The notes under the pieces: generated by a model | The model's input: the letters and a program-made list of their open reading frames with translations, nothing else | Told to the model about the DNA's origin: nothing | Databases searched by the model: none | Translations under genes and position numbers: made by a program | Assembly (NCBI GenBank): GCA_043803405.1 | Contig: JAZDKB010000003.1 | Location: forward strand, 56,143 to 120,142 | Reading direction: 5' to 3' | From: Spirochaetota bacterium | GTDB lineage: Bacteria > Spirochaetota > UBA4802 > JAFGDQ01 | Length of the DNA stretch: 64,000 bases | In this document: in pieces, positions 8,737 through 18,690 of the stretch | How positions within the stretch are numbered: position 1 is the first letter of the stretch | Layout of the letters: the number at the start of each line of letters is the position of its first letter

Positions 8737-11700
8737 TTATAATGCCTTTATATGAGTATAGTATACGGCACCGGAACCCACAATGGACGACAACTCGGCT
8801 TTAAGCTTCTCGGAAGGCATTGTGTTAAAGGCATGATGCGCTTTGATCGTCTTCTTGTTCCCGCTATTGCCGTTTAAATGGAAGAATACGGGGCATCTGG
8901 TCCCGCCTGCCTGGTATTTTACAATAACGGATTTTAAGCTTCTCAGTATTTGTTCGTCGGGAGCTGCAGTATTAAAATTAATATGAATACCGGAAACGGA
9001 ATCTCTTTTTGCATCTTTAAGGCTTTTAACATCACGCGCGATAATCTTTACAGCCGTGTCTTCTTCAAAATCTACTTTGCCTTTTATAACCAGGGGATCA
9101 TCCGATTCAATAAGCTCACCGAACTTTTCATATACATTCGGAAAAAAAACCGCCTCAATAATGCCGCCTGTATCTTCAATACTGCATGTACAGAAAACCT
9201 TCCCGTTCTTCGAAGTCCTTACCTTGAGATTGCTTATTATACCGACAACGGATATTTCTCCGCTTTTGTTTTGCCCGTCTATTTCCGCTATTGGGATAAA
9301 CGGAAGGCCGGCCAGTTCTTCTTTATATTTTTCAAGCGGATGGCCGGATATGAACAATCCGAGAACTTCCTTCTCGTAATTCAGTTTTTCTTTGCTGTTC
9401 CAGTCATCCGTGCCGGGCAAATTAATAGTAATATTCTCCGGATCCGGCTGTCCGTCGGATTCAAAAAGACTGCCCTGCCCTGATGCTTTATCGATCTGCA
9501 GGTTTTTGGCAATCTCTGTAATAATATCTATCGAGTTAAAAAGCATAGCCCTGTTTCCGTATACCGAGTCCAGTGCCCCTGCCTTAATAAGAGCTTCGAG
9601 AACGCCCTTGTTAAGAACAGCAGTGTCTATATTCTCAAGGAATTCCTTAAGCGTGTTAAATCTGCCGAACCTGTTTCTCGATTGAATAATCGCGTCTATT
9701 ACTTTGCTTCCAGCTCCTTTTATTGCGCCAAGCCCGAAGCGTATACACGACTCCTGAACTGTAAAATCGTATTCGCTTGTATTGATATCAGGGGGCAGAA
9801 CCAGTATGCCCATCGTTTTGCAGTCATTAATATACTGAATAATGTCTTCCTGCTTATCCGGCTGTGAGGACAGCAAAGCTGCCATGTATTCGATAGAATA
9901 GTTCGCTTTTAAATAAGCAGTCTGATAAGATATTACAGCATAGGCTGCTGAATGCGATTTATTAAATCCGTATTCCCCGAATTCGCGCATAGCAGAATAT
10001 ATATCCTGAGCCAGCTTAATATCTATTTTGTTTTTAATTGCTCCGTCGAGAAAAGGCTTTTCCATTTTATCGACAATTTCCATTTTCTTTTTTCCCATTG
10101 CCTTTCGGAGCTTGTCCGCGTCGGGCATTGAGAATCCGCCCATTACCTGGGAAATCTTCATTACCTGTTCCTGGTACACAATAACGCCTAGCGTATCTTT
10201 CAGAATAGGCTCAAGGATCGCATGAGGGTATTTAATCTTTTTGGGATTCCGTTTTCTTGCTATAAAGTCTTTTGTCATGCCGGAGTTCAGCGGACCCGGC
10301 CTGTAAAGAGCAACGATCGCTATAATGTCTTCAAAGTCTGTCGGGCCAAGCTCGCGCAGAAGCTTTTGCATGCCCGAACTTTCAAGCTGGAACACACCGT
10401 TGGTATTCGCGTTTGCCAGCAGCCTGTATGTCTTTTTATCGTCCATAGGAATCTTTGCAATATCGACATCAATGCCCCTGTGCTTTTTAATAAGCTTTAT
10501 GCACTTCTCAATAATAGTCAGGTTCTTTAAACCGAGAAAATCCATCTTAACCAGACCGGCTTTTTCAAGGTCGCCTTTTTCGAACTGGGAAGAGATGCTC
10601 CCGTCGCTCGAGTCCCTGTACAGCGGCACATGCTCGGTTATGGGTCCTCTCGATATTACAACACCCGCAGCGTGCTTGCCTACCGAACGGCACAGCCCTT
10701 CAAGAGTGCGCGCGGTGTCGATATGCTTCTTCCACTCACTGTTTTCATTGTACAGCTTTCTGAATTCGGGCACATCTTTCAGAGTGTCTTCCAGATTGGA
10801 GAAGTTCGGGATCAGCTTGGTTACCTGGTTGGCATCGGCAAACGGGACATTCATTACGCGGGCAACGTCTTTCAGCACAGCTTTTGCCGTCAGCCTGTTG
10901 AAAGTATTGATCTGGCTTACATGATCTTCGCCGTATTTATTCTTTACATAATCTATTATTTCTTCCCTGCGTTCTGCGCAGAAATCTATATCAATATCCG
11001 GCATTTCATTTCTGTCCGGATTCAGAAAGCGCTCAAACAGCAGGTTGTATTTCATCGGATCAAGATCAGTAATCCTGAGGCAGTACGATACAACTGAACC
11101 TGCTGCCGAACCGCGACCCGGACCAACGGGAATGCTCATCCTCCTGGCCTGTTCAATAAAATCCCAGACAATTAAAAAATATCCGGCAAAATTCATTCCT
11201 GTTATTACTTTGAGTTCATATTCGATGCGTTCCTTTACGGCATCCGGTATCCCGTTCGGGAATCTTTTTTTAGCTCCTTCGTATACAAGATGCTTCAGGT
11301 ACGAATCAAGAGTATAGCCATCAGGAACATTAAAATGAGGCAGGATAACGTTCCCGAGCGAAAGCTTAATATCAGTCATGTCCAGAATTTTCCTGGTGTT
11401 CAAAGCAGCTTCAGGATGATCGGGAAAGATTGCCTTCATTTCTTCGGCTGATTTAAAATAAAACTGATCAGAGGAAAATTTCATCCTGTTTGCATCATCG
11501 AACGTTTTGCCGGTCTGTATGCAGAGCAGGATGTCGTGTGAATACGCATCGCTTTTTAAAAGATAATGACAGTCATTCGTTACTATTAAAGGGATATTAA
11601 GCGATTTTGATAATTTTATCAATTCCGCATTGGCAGTCTTCTGCTCCGGTATATTGTGATCCTGTAACTCGAGGTAAAAATTATCCCTGCCGAACATTTC

Positions 11701-12198
11701 ACTGAACTTTCCGGCCATTTTCCTGGCATCTTCATATTTGCCCTTTAAACAGAGCGACGGTATTTCGCCTTTTATGCACGCGCTGGAACAAATGAGGCCG
11801 TCCTTGTGTTTTTCAAGGACTTCGTGGTCAATTCTGGGCTTATAATAAAAGCCTTCAGTGTAACCGATTGATGACAATTTAACAAGATTTTTATAACCGG
11901 CTTCGTTCTTCGCTATAAGAATTAAATGATACGAAGAATCTCTTCCTTTATTTTGTGATTCTTTTTTAAAACGCGATTCAGGAGCTATATAGAATTCCTG
12001 GCCTATAACCGGCTTAATCCCGGCTTTTTTAGCCTCCTGATAAAATTCAATAGCGCCGAATAGGTTGCCGTGATCCGTAAGCGCGACGCCGGGCATTCCG
12101 AATTCGGCTGCTTTCGCGACCAGTTTTTTTACCCTTATTGCTCCATCCAGAACGGAAAAATCGGAGTGATTATGCAGATGTACAAAGTCCATGGGCAT
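8737..12198 (-). CDS. dnaE: DNA polymerase III alpha subunit
   Basis: FVHLHNHSDFSVLDGA PHP domain, GPGRGSAAGS, PDIDIDF catalytic motif, YGFNKSHS, OB fold. Start probably ATG 12198 or 12192. Confidence 0.98.
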   Translation of the reverse strand: MPMDFVHLHNHSDFSVLDGAIRVKKLVAKAAEFGMPGVALTDHGNLFGAIEFYQEAKKAGIKPVIGQEFYIAPESRFKKESQNKGRDSSYHLILIAKNEAGYKNLVKLSSIGYTEGFYYKPRIDHEVLEKHKDGLICSSACIKGEIPSLCLKGKYEDARKMAGKFSEMFGRDNFYLELQDHNIPEQKTANAELIKLSKSLNIPLIVTNDCHYLLKSDAYSHDILLCIQTGKTFDDANRMKFSSDQFYFKSAEEMKAIFPDHPEAALNTRKILDMTDIKLSLGNVILPHFNVPDGYTLDSYLKHLVYEGAKKRFPNGIPDAVKERIEYELKVITGMNFAGYFLIVWDFIEQARRMSIPVGPGRGSAAGSVVSYCLRITDLDPMKYNLLFERFLNPDRNEMPDIDIDFCAERREEIIDYVKNKYGEDHVSQINTFNRLTAKAVLKDVARVMNVPFADANQVTKLIPNFSNLEDTLKDVPEFRKLYNENSEWKKHIDTARTLEGLCRSVGKHAAGVVISRGPITEHVPLYRDSSDGSISSQFEKGDLEKAGLVKMDFLGLKNLTIIEKCIKLIKKHRGIDVDIAKIPMDDKKTYRLLANANTNGVFQLESSGMQKLLRELGPTDFEDIIAIVALYRPGPLNSGMTKDFIARKRNPKKIKYPHAILEPILKDTLGVIVYQEQVMKISQVMGGFSMPDADKLRKAMGKKKMEIVDKMEKPFLDGAIKNKIDIKLAQDIYSAMREFGEYGFNKSHSAAYAVISYQTAYLKANYSIEYMAALLSSQPDKQEDIIQYINDCKTMGILVLPPDINTSEYDFTVQESCIRFGLGAIKGAGSKVIDAIIQSRNRFGRFNTLKEFLENIDTAVLNKGVLEALIKAGALDSVYGNRAMLFNSIDIITEIAKNLQIDKASGQGSLFESDGQPDPENITINLPGTDDWNSKEKLNYEKEVLGLFISGHPLEKYKEELAGLPFIPIAEIDGQNKSGEISVVGIISNLKVRTSKNGKVFCTCSIEDTGGIIEAVFFPNVYEKFGELIESDDPLVIKGKVDFEEDTAVKIIARDVKSLKDAKRDSVSGIHINFNTAAPDEQILRSLKSVIVKYQAGGTRCPVFFHLNGNSGNKKTIKAHHAFNTMPSEKLKAELSSIVGSGAVYYTHIKAL

Positions 12199-12290
12199 AA
12201 TGATTACAACCAGGGGACATAATTTCAAGCATAAAATTCCAAAAAAACGAGTCCGGGCTCCGATTTTTTTAAAGAATAATCCTTAAAAGA

Positions 12291-12318
12291 TTGACATTGA
12301 ATGCTAAATAAGTATAAA
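12291..12318 (+). promoter_or_regulatory. Candidate sigma70 promoter for Trm112 gene
   Basis: TTGACA-N16-TATAAA. Confidence 0.45.
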
Positions 12319-12355
12319 TAAATTGATTCTTAATATTATAAATTCAGGACAGGAA

Positions 12356-12520
12356 ATGATAGATACAAAGCTTCTTGATATTTTAGCGTGCCCTGCATGC
12401 AAAGGCGATGTGGAGTACGACACAAAAAACGAAAAATTAATCTGCATCGATTGCAAAAGAAAATACCCGGTCAGAGATGGGATTCCGGTAATGTTAATTG
12501 ATGAAGCCGAAACAGAATAA
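12356..12520 (+). CDS. Trm112 family (UPF0434) small zinc-finger protein
   Basis: LLDILACPACKG...LICIDCKRKYPVRDGIPVMLIDEA; start ATG 12356. Confidence 0.92.
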   Translation: MIDTKLLDILACPACKGDVEYDTKNEKLICIDCKRKYPVRDGIPVMLIDEAETE

Positions 12521-12703
12521 AACGTCCTTACCGCGTCTTTTGCTGCTGCGTCTTTATCTCTCAGAATATTATTTGCATATTTCTAATTGACAGAATATTT
12601 TTGTTTATAAATTACATTATATATGAACAGCCGGAAAAGGCAGGGTCGGAAACACGTTATTTTATTCATGCAATTTTAATACAGACAAAACAGAGGTTAA
12701 ACA

Positions 12704-13837
12704 ATGTTCGAATCAAAATCGCCGATGGTCAGAGTGGGAGCATATATCATCATCGGTTTTTTTACTTTAATAATAATTATATCGTTCGGTATGCCGGACT
12801 TTATGACCAAGCTTGGGATGGATGATAATGTAGTTGCAATAATCGACGGAGAAAAAATCTACCGCCTGGAGTTTGTCAGATACAGGGAAAACATGGCAAG
12901 CCAGATCCCGAATGCGGATAAAAAGGAAATGCAGGACATGATCCTCAATAACCTGATAATGAGAAAACTGATGCTGCAGAATGCGCATAAAATCGGAGTC
13001 GCTGTTTCGGACGAGCGTGTAATGAACAGCATTAAAAATATATTTAAAGACAAAAGCGGCAAGTTCAGCAAGGAATATCTGGACAGGTACCTGGCGCATT
13101 ACCATCTGGGACTGCCCGACTTCTTTTTAACGGTAAAGGAAGACCTGATGCTGAACGAATTCAGGCATCTGGTTTTTCAGGGAGTAGGCGTTTCCCCTGA
13201 AGAGGTTGCAACAGAATACAGACTGGAGAATTCCCATATACAGATAAAATATTGTTATCTTTCAACATCTGATCTTAACAAAAGATTCAAAAACAGCATA
13301 AACGTAACTGAGAAGGAAATAGACGAAGAGCTGCAGAAAAGCAAAGATGAAATAAAAGATCCCGCAACAGACAGGAAAAGAATCAGGGATAAGATCGAGA
13401 AAAATAAAATCGCAGCACTAAAGAATGATCTCATCAATAAAATCGACAAGCTGGCTGAAGGAAAAAAATCATTCGATGAAGCGGCCTCCAGTCTCGCAGG
13501 CGGAATATTCGTATCCGGTCTTTTTAAATTGGGCGATCCTGTAAAAGAAGGGGGCGGCAAAGGAAAAATGTTATACTCTTTCAGCAATTCCCCTATATTT
13601 AACGACAATTTATTGTCACTTGAAGCAGGAAGGACATCAAGGGCGATTGACGGGTTTGACGGCATATATATATTTACGCCTGTGAGCAATGCTCTTATAA
13701 CAAGAGAACCTTCCGCAAAGGAATACGCAAAAATGGAAGAAGAGCTTCTTGAACAAAAAAATAATTCGGTGTTTATGTCAATAATGTCGTCCATACGGGA
13801 TAAAGCAAAAATTACCAGAAATTTAAAATTTAATTGA
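12704..13837 (+). CDS. SurA N-terminal domain / PpiD-like membrane-anchored chaperone
   Basis: N-terminal TM helix, VAIIDGEKI, ILNNLIMRKLMLQNAHKIGVAVSDE. Confidence 0.8.
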   Translation: MFESKSPMVRVGAYIIIGFFTLIIIISFGMPDFMTKLGMDDNVVAIIDGEKIYRLEFVRYRENMASQIPNADKKEMQDMILNNLIMRKLMLQNAHKIGVAVSDERVMNSIKNIFKDKSGKFSKEYLDRYLAHYHLGLPDFFLTVKEDLMLNEFRHLVFQGVGVSPEEVATEYRLENSHIQIKYCYLSTSDLNKRFKNSINVTEKEIDEELQKSKDEIKDPATDRKRIRDKIEKNKIAALKNDLINKIDKLAEGKKSFDEAASSLAGGIFVSGLFKLGDPVKEGGGKGKMLYSFSNSPIFNDNLLSLEAGRTSRAIDGFDGIYIFTPVSNALITREPSAKEYAKMEEELLEQKNNSVFMSIMSSIRDKAKITRNLKFN

Positions 13838-13951
13838 TTATTCGGGATTCAGGATTTATAATCATCAGGACTGAACGACAAAAAAAGAAATCCAATTATG
13901 TAAATTCAGGCAAATATATAACTTTGTAAATATTAATCATGAGGGAATAAT

Positions 13952-14425
13952 ATGAATGTTAATGCAGAGTACGTAAATCCGTTTCTTAAAGCTGCAAGCT
14001 CGGTTTTTAAATCCGTAGTAGGCGTGGATTTAAGAAGAGGGAAACTTGTCGTTAAAGACAAACCTTCTCCGTCTCATGAGGTTGCAATAATCATAGGCAT
14101 AACAGGAGGCATTCAGGGGGTTGTGGTTTACAGCCTTGCCATGAGTATGGTTTATAAAATAGCGGATATCCTTATGCCGGGCTTATCTAAAGAACAAATA
14201 GACAGCGAATGGAAGGATATTATGGGCGAATTCGCGAACATGATTACCGGAAACGCAATGAATCTATTTACCGACATAACAAAGGGCACACAGCAGGTTA
14301 ACATAACTACGCCTACTGTAGTCGAAGGAAAGGAATTTACGATCTCTGCAATTCAGCAGACAACGCTTGGGATAAACCTGTACAGCCCTATGGGATCTCT
14401 GGAGATGAATGTCGCACTAAAATAA
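13952..14425 (+). CDS. cheX: Chemotaxis phosphatase CheX
   Basis: EYVNPFL, IGITGGIQG, MGEFANMITG, ITTPTVV. Confidence 0.93.
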   Translation: MNVNAEYVNPFLKAASSVFKSVVGVDLRRGKLVVKDKPSPSHEVAIIIGITGGIQGVVVYSLAMSMVYKIADILMPGLSKEQIDSEWKDIMGEFANMITGNAMNLFTDITKGTQQVNITTPTVVEGKEFTISAIQQTTLGINLYSPMGSLEMNVALK

Positions 14426-14430
14426 GGCTG

Positions 14431-15294
14431 CTAATCAACAAACGCTTTACTGTAATAGGTAGTTTCAATATCCTTTAAGTTCTTTTTAACCTTGCTTAAC
14501 AGGGGCGAATTATAAAAAAACGGGGCTTTCTCAACACCGGCCTTTTTTAAAAAGATTTTATATATCTTTCTTGCGATCCCGATATCTTTCAGCATTGCAT
14601 CCTTTTCAAACACCTGTGCAATTACAAAATACGCGTCATCAATGGTTTCTCTCTTCCCGTAATTCTTAATTACTTTTATGGCAGCTTCAAGAGACTGGTT
14701 TCCTTTGTTATTTTTACAGTATAATTTGGCGATTGCGATAAGCGAATCGTCAGCCAGTTCATGATCCGGGAAAAGAGCAGGCACCCGGTAAAAGTACTCG
14801 ATCGCCCCGGACTCGTCCCCCTTTTTCAGGTTTATCTCTCCTGTGTAAAAAAGCGCAGCAGGATATTCGCCTGATTCCTGGTTTATTGAAGCCAGTGTTT
14901 TTACGGCATCGCTGTAATTATTCTGCTGGGAATATATTTTCGACAGCCAGATGGAACTGATATCCCTGAACGAGCTGTCCGGATATTTTGTTTTTAATTC
15001 TTCAAATTTCTGCCTGGAATTTTCGTAAAGAGATGCCTCGAACAGCTGAATCCCGCTCTTTAACAGCGCCTCGTCAGGAGATGGGAAAGATGCGGATTTA
15101 TTATTTTTGCTCTCCTTCCTGTCGTCCGTACCTGCGTTTTCCTTTTTTGCAGGAGCAGATTTTGTTTCTTTTACCAACGCGTTCGAATTTATAATATTTT
15201 CAATTATATCTTCAAGCTCCCTGGACTCCACTGCGTACAAAGGAAACGCGAATAAAAGCGTCAGTATGGAACTAATGTATAATATCTTTTTCAT
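14431..15294 (-). CDS. Secreted TPR protein (YfiO/BamD-like repeats)
   Basis: Signal peptide; TPR units such as FEELKTKYPDS, ALFYTGEI, FPDHELADDSL. Confidence 0.8.
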   Translation of the reverse strand: MKKILYISSILTLLFAFPLYAVESRELEDIIENIINSNALVKETKSAPAKKENAGTDDRKESKNNKSASFPSPDEALLKSGIQLFEASLYENSRQKFEELKTKYPDSSFRDISSIWLSKIYSQQNNYSDAVKTLASINQESGEYPAALFYTGEINLKKGDESGAIEYFYRVPALFPDHELADDSLIAIAKLYCKNNKGNQSLEAAIKVIKNYGKRETIDDAYFVIAQVFEKDAMLKDIGIARKIYKIFLKKAGVEKAPFFYNSPLLSKVKKNLKDIETTYYSKAFVD

Positions 15295-15857
15295 TTATCA
15301 ATGATCTTTGATTTAGGATCTATAGGACGGTTTTCTTTCACTGTTTTCCCGGTCATCTTTAGTTTAGGTATTTCCTTTTGAAGTTCCCGTACTTCAGACT
15401 TTTTAAACTTATCATCAGTTTTATCGACATCTGCGATTTTTTTGTTGTCCATAAAAGGCAATGGCTGTTTTTTAATATCTGAAGCAGGTTCAATGATTTT
15501 CGTATCCAGCTCTGTCTTTATTGTTTCATTAGCAGGAAACTCCGTTTTTTTTAGCTGCTTATCGGCTTTTTCTTCAATAAGCTCGGATTCGAGCAGAGAC
15601 TTGAACCGCGATCTCTCCCTGCTTTTTTTAAAGCTGAAATCGAAGAGAGTGTTTGTGTCTTCAGTAAGCGGCTTGCCGAACTTTCTGGCAGAGCCCTTGC
15701 CCATGTTATACCCGATGTATATGCCTATTATGACCAGAATAAACACAAAGCCGTAAAAAGATGTCTTTATTATATTGACGGTCTTTTTATCAAAGCTGTC
15801 TATAAATCTGTTTATTATAATAATTATTTTATTTAATATGTTTATAATAAAGTTCAT
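15291..15857 (-). CDS. Hypothetical single-TM protein
   Basis: 188 aa ORF with 4-bp overlaps to both neighbours; one hydrophobic segment. Confidence 0.75.
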   Translation of the reverse strand: MNFIINILNKIIIIINRFIDSFDKKTVNIIKTSFYGFVFILVIIGIYIGYNMGKGSARKFGKPLTEDTNTLFDFSFKKSRERSRFKSLLESELIEEKADKQLKKTEFPANETIKTELDTKIIEPASDIKKQPLPFMDNKKIADVDKTDDKFKKSEVRELQKEIPKLKMTGKTVKENRPIDPKSKIIDK

Positions 15858-16720
15858 TGCATTAAATCCGCTTTATCTATTATAAAGATCACCCTGCATT
15901 TTTTCAAATTATTTATTGTCTGCCGGCTGCTCAGAAGCCTGCGCGTATCTTTTTCCGATATTACCGGGCAATTATTCAGGCCGTCAACAGCTGCGGCAAA
16001 GTAAGGAGAGTTTCCCGATCGAGCGTCTATAAAAGCCTGATCCTCATTATAGCAGTACGACACCATGCCTCTCTTAACTGCTTGCGAGCTGTCGATGAAT
16101 CGTCTTCCGAAAATCTCGAGCCCTGAATCGCTGTACACCGAAGGAAACAGCATAGGCTTGATATTGTGTCCGCGGCCGTCCACAATTAAAGCCGTGTAGG
16201 GAGTTGATATGGGGACTTCCGTTCTTACAGGGAAATCGTCCGACGGGTAATCGAAAGGCAGGGACGCAATAATGCTCCCGAAGTTCAGCTTTGCCTCACA
16301 GACCGACGAATCGAATTCCGCAGGATATTCCTTAAATACAACATTCTTGTTAATTTTGTCCGATATGCTTCTTTGTGTGTCGTTGCTTGTTTTCATAATA
16401 TCCAGAAGGCTGTTTTGAGAATCGATCCGCATGCTTTTAATTGTATCAGCCATAATAGCTATGGCAAATTCCTTTGCGGAATTATAGTTGATCTCCCTTG
16501 CCCTGTTAAGCGGAATAGCTTTGCCTGTAAGCATGTCCACAGAGTCGCCTTCTTCGTTAAAGGCAATCTGCGACTTGCCCCTGGAAACAACATACCCCTT
16601 TTGCCAGTCTATTTTGCTTTTATATTTAAGCAATACTTCGTTCGCTGCGGATATCCCGCATAATATAAATAAAAATATTATGATAAAGATGCGAACGCCT
16701 GTACGATGACTGATTTTCAT
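15854..16720 (-). CDS. Conserved secreted hypothetical protein (LPP20-associated type)
   Basis: Signal peptide, IDWQKGYV, YTALIVDGRG...PMLFPSVY, KCRVIFII. Confidence 0.7.
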   Translation of the reverse strand: MKISHRTGVRIFIIIFLFILCGISAANEVLLKYKSKIDWQKGYVVSRGKSQIAFNEEGDSVDMLTGKAIPLNRAREINYNSAKEFAIAIMADTIKSMRIDSQNSLLDIMKTSNDTQRSISDKINKNVVFKEYPAEFDSSVCEAKLNFGSIIASLPFDYPSDDFPVRTEVPISTPYTALIVDGRGHNIKPMLFPSVYSDSGLEIFGRRFIDSSQAVKRGMVSYCYNEDQAFIDARSGNSPYFAAAVDGLNNCPVISEKDTRRLLSSRQTINNLKKCRVIFIIDKADLMQ

Positions 16721-16768
16721 ATTTCCGTGTAACTTTAAAGATAGTGTTTGGTTATAGATATATATTAC

Positions 16769-18490
16769 TTATCGGATTTTTTGCAGATTTTGTTTACACA
16801 TTCCGAGCATCCGGGTCAGTTTTGCGAAAGTTGCGTTCAGTTCGTTCATCAGGAGTTCGGAAGCCTTTTGCTGCGGCAGATCGGGATGCCTTGCGAAATA
16901 CACAAAGACCCTTCGCAGAAAAGGCGTGATCAGCTTTGAAGCAAAGCTATTGTTTATTATGTTCAGCATTTCCTCATCTGAAGATATGCCGGAAGAGGTC
17001 TTCCGTTTTATATCTTCTATTGCCGCGATCGCTTTATTTACTGCATCCAGAAGGACAACCGGCTTTTTAATGCTGCCGCTCTTATTGCCAAGCTCAGCTT
17101 TCAGAATCTGATCCGGAGTGCGCGGCTGCGTTTTCGTCGACTGTAATATCTCCCCGAGCGGCGTTTCCACCGTGTTCTCTATCCTGGCTCCGCCCTCTGT
17201 AGCATTAATTACAGGAATGTTAACCCTGGCTGCGGAATCCCTGAACCAGTTCCTGTAAATATCAAAAACAAAGTCCGTGACTACCTTTCCTTTGCCTTTA
17301 TATCCTTCTATATATTTTATCTTTCTCTTACGGATCACCCTCTGGTTTATTGTTTCTAGGTTAAGGAACCTGGATGTTTTCGGCAGCCATTCGTCGTTAT
17401 GATATGTGCCCGAGCAGTGTATTTCCCTGCCTGTATACGCGAGATCCTGGCCTAAAAGCACAATTGAACTGCACCCGAGATTAAGGAGCAGGTCGAAAAC
17501 GCTGGTAGCAACCGATCCGCCGGACTGGATATCACCCACAGCACCCGTAAACTCCTCCATCCAGTCCCATATTGGAGTTGTCTCCCTTTTCACATTGCCA
17601 TTTTTATCGCTGTAATACTTTGTGGTAGTGCTTAATATCTTTTCACCCGGATATGATCCGACCAGCCTCGGATAACATACCATATCCGCAAGGAGTACAG
17701 ACCCGCTTTCCATGATACCGAGAAAATGCTTTAGGCTGTATTTCTGCGAATCGAGCGTCATTACAATATGCGGAACTACGCCCATCCTGTGCAGCACTTT
17801 AAACGCGGTATCCACGCAAACAATAAGCGCCCTGTCCCTGATGCTGTTAAGGAGCCGCGCGTTCTTTTTCAGCGAAGGCCCGGCTGACACTATTATGCCC
17901 GGCATTCCCCGGAACCTGCCGAAGAGTTCAATGACCGGTGTTGAAGTATATACATGATGTATGTTTTTAAATATATGACTGATCCAGTTCTCTTCAAATT
18001 CAAACCTGGTGAGGAGATCGCTTACCTTGGATCCTATGTATTCTTTTATACCTTTTAACACAGCATCGTAAAATTCCCTGTTCAGGGAATACGACGGCCT
18101 GTGAATATAAGTGGAAGCTCCCTTTATTGTTGAAATATCTATTTGTTCAAACACAGCAGGGAGATCCGCTGTTGATGTTACTGTTGAGATATCCTTAATA
18201 GCGCCCGGATTATTTAAGCGCGCCAGTTGTATCACTTCAGCATCTTTTTCAATTATGATTATTAAATGAGCCGGGAATCTTTTTCTAAGATATTCAGCAT
18301 GATATCCGAGAGCAAGCCCTGCAATAATTATTAAATTCGACCTGCCGGGATTGAATGACCCGGCGCTTCTCTCTGATTCTTTTAAAGGATCGTATATGGA
18401 ATGAAGCCTTACTTCGCGGGAGTCCTCGGGATTTATATATAGAAGGGTTTTTGATCCGGCCGGTGTGTCAGCGATTTTGTATTTTGCCAT
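16769..18490 (-). CDS. Motility-associated factor (Maf/DUF115) glycosyltransferase family protein
   Basis: LHSIYDP.KE, GLALGYH, IIVSAGPSLKKN, GGSVAT, LLGQDLAY, INATEGGARI. Confidence 0.9.
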   Translation of the reverse strand: MAKYKIADTPAGSKTLLYINPEDSREVRLHSIYDPLKESERSAGSFNPGRSNLIIIAGLALGYHAEYLRKRFPAHLIIIIEKDAEVIQLARLNNPGAIKDISTVTSTADLPAVFEQIDISTIKGASTYIHRPSYSLNREFYDAVLKGIKEYIGSKVSDLLTRFEFEENWISHIFKNIHHVYTSTPVIELFGRFRGMPGIIVSAGPSLKKNARLLNSIRDRALIVCVDTAFKVLHRMGVVPHIVMTLDSQKYSLKHFLGIMESGSVLLADMVCYPRLVGSYPGEKILSTTTKYYSDKNGNVKRETTPIWDWMEEFTGAVGDIQSGGSVATSVFDLLLNLGCSSIVLLGQDLAYTGREIHCSGTYHNDEWLPKTSRFLNLETINQRVIRKRKIKYIEGYKGKGKVVTDFVFDIYRNWFRDSAARVNIPVINATEGGARIENTVETPLGEILQSTKTQPRTPDQILKAELGNKSGSIKKPVVLLDAVNKAIAAIEDIKRKTSSGISSDEEMLNIINNSFASKLITPFLRRVFVYFARHPDLPQQKASELLMNELNATFAKLTRMLGMCKQNLQKIR

Positions 18491-18554
18491 AATTGATCAG
18501 TATATTTCGTCCAGGGGTGATTCGAATAATGAGATTAAAGTTTGGTTATCCAGT

Positions 18555-18614
18555 AAATCCCCCCTAACCCCCCTTTAATAATGGGGGTGGATCGCGAAGC
18601 GAGCCGGGGGATTT
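18555..18614. repeat. C/G-run palindromic intergenic element
   Basis: aaatccccc...gggggattt outer IR, with inner acccc...ggggt and tcgc-gaa-gcga hairpins. Confidence 0.6.
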
Positions 18615-18690
18615 TTCATTCGAAAGAGTTAATTAATGCAACTATATTCAGCATAACACAGCCCTACTGACTCAGTTAGTCCCCGTCCGT

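Noticed and set aside
8950..11317. Numerous antisense ORFs of 60-200 aa (here and across the window)
   Set aside because: Shadow ORFs opposite well-supported genes, with no recognisable motifs.
8737..12228. Intein or split in dnaE
   Set aside because: Normal length with continuous motifs; no intein splice signatures.
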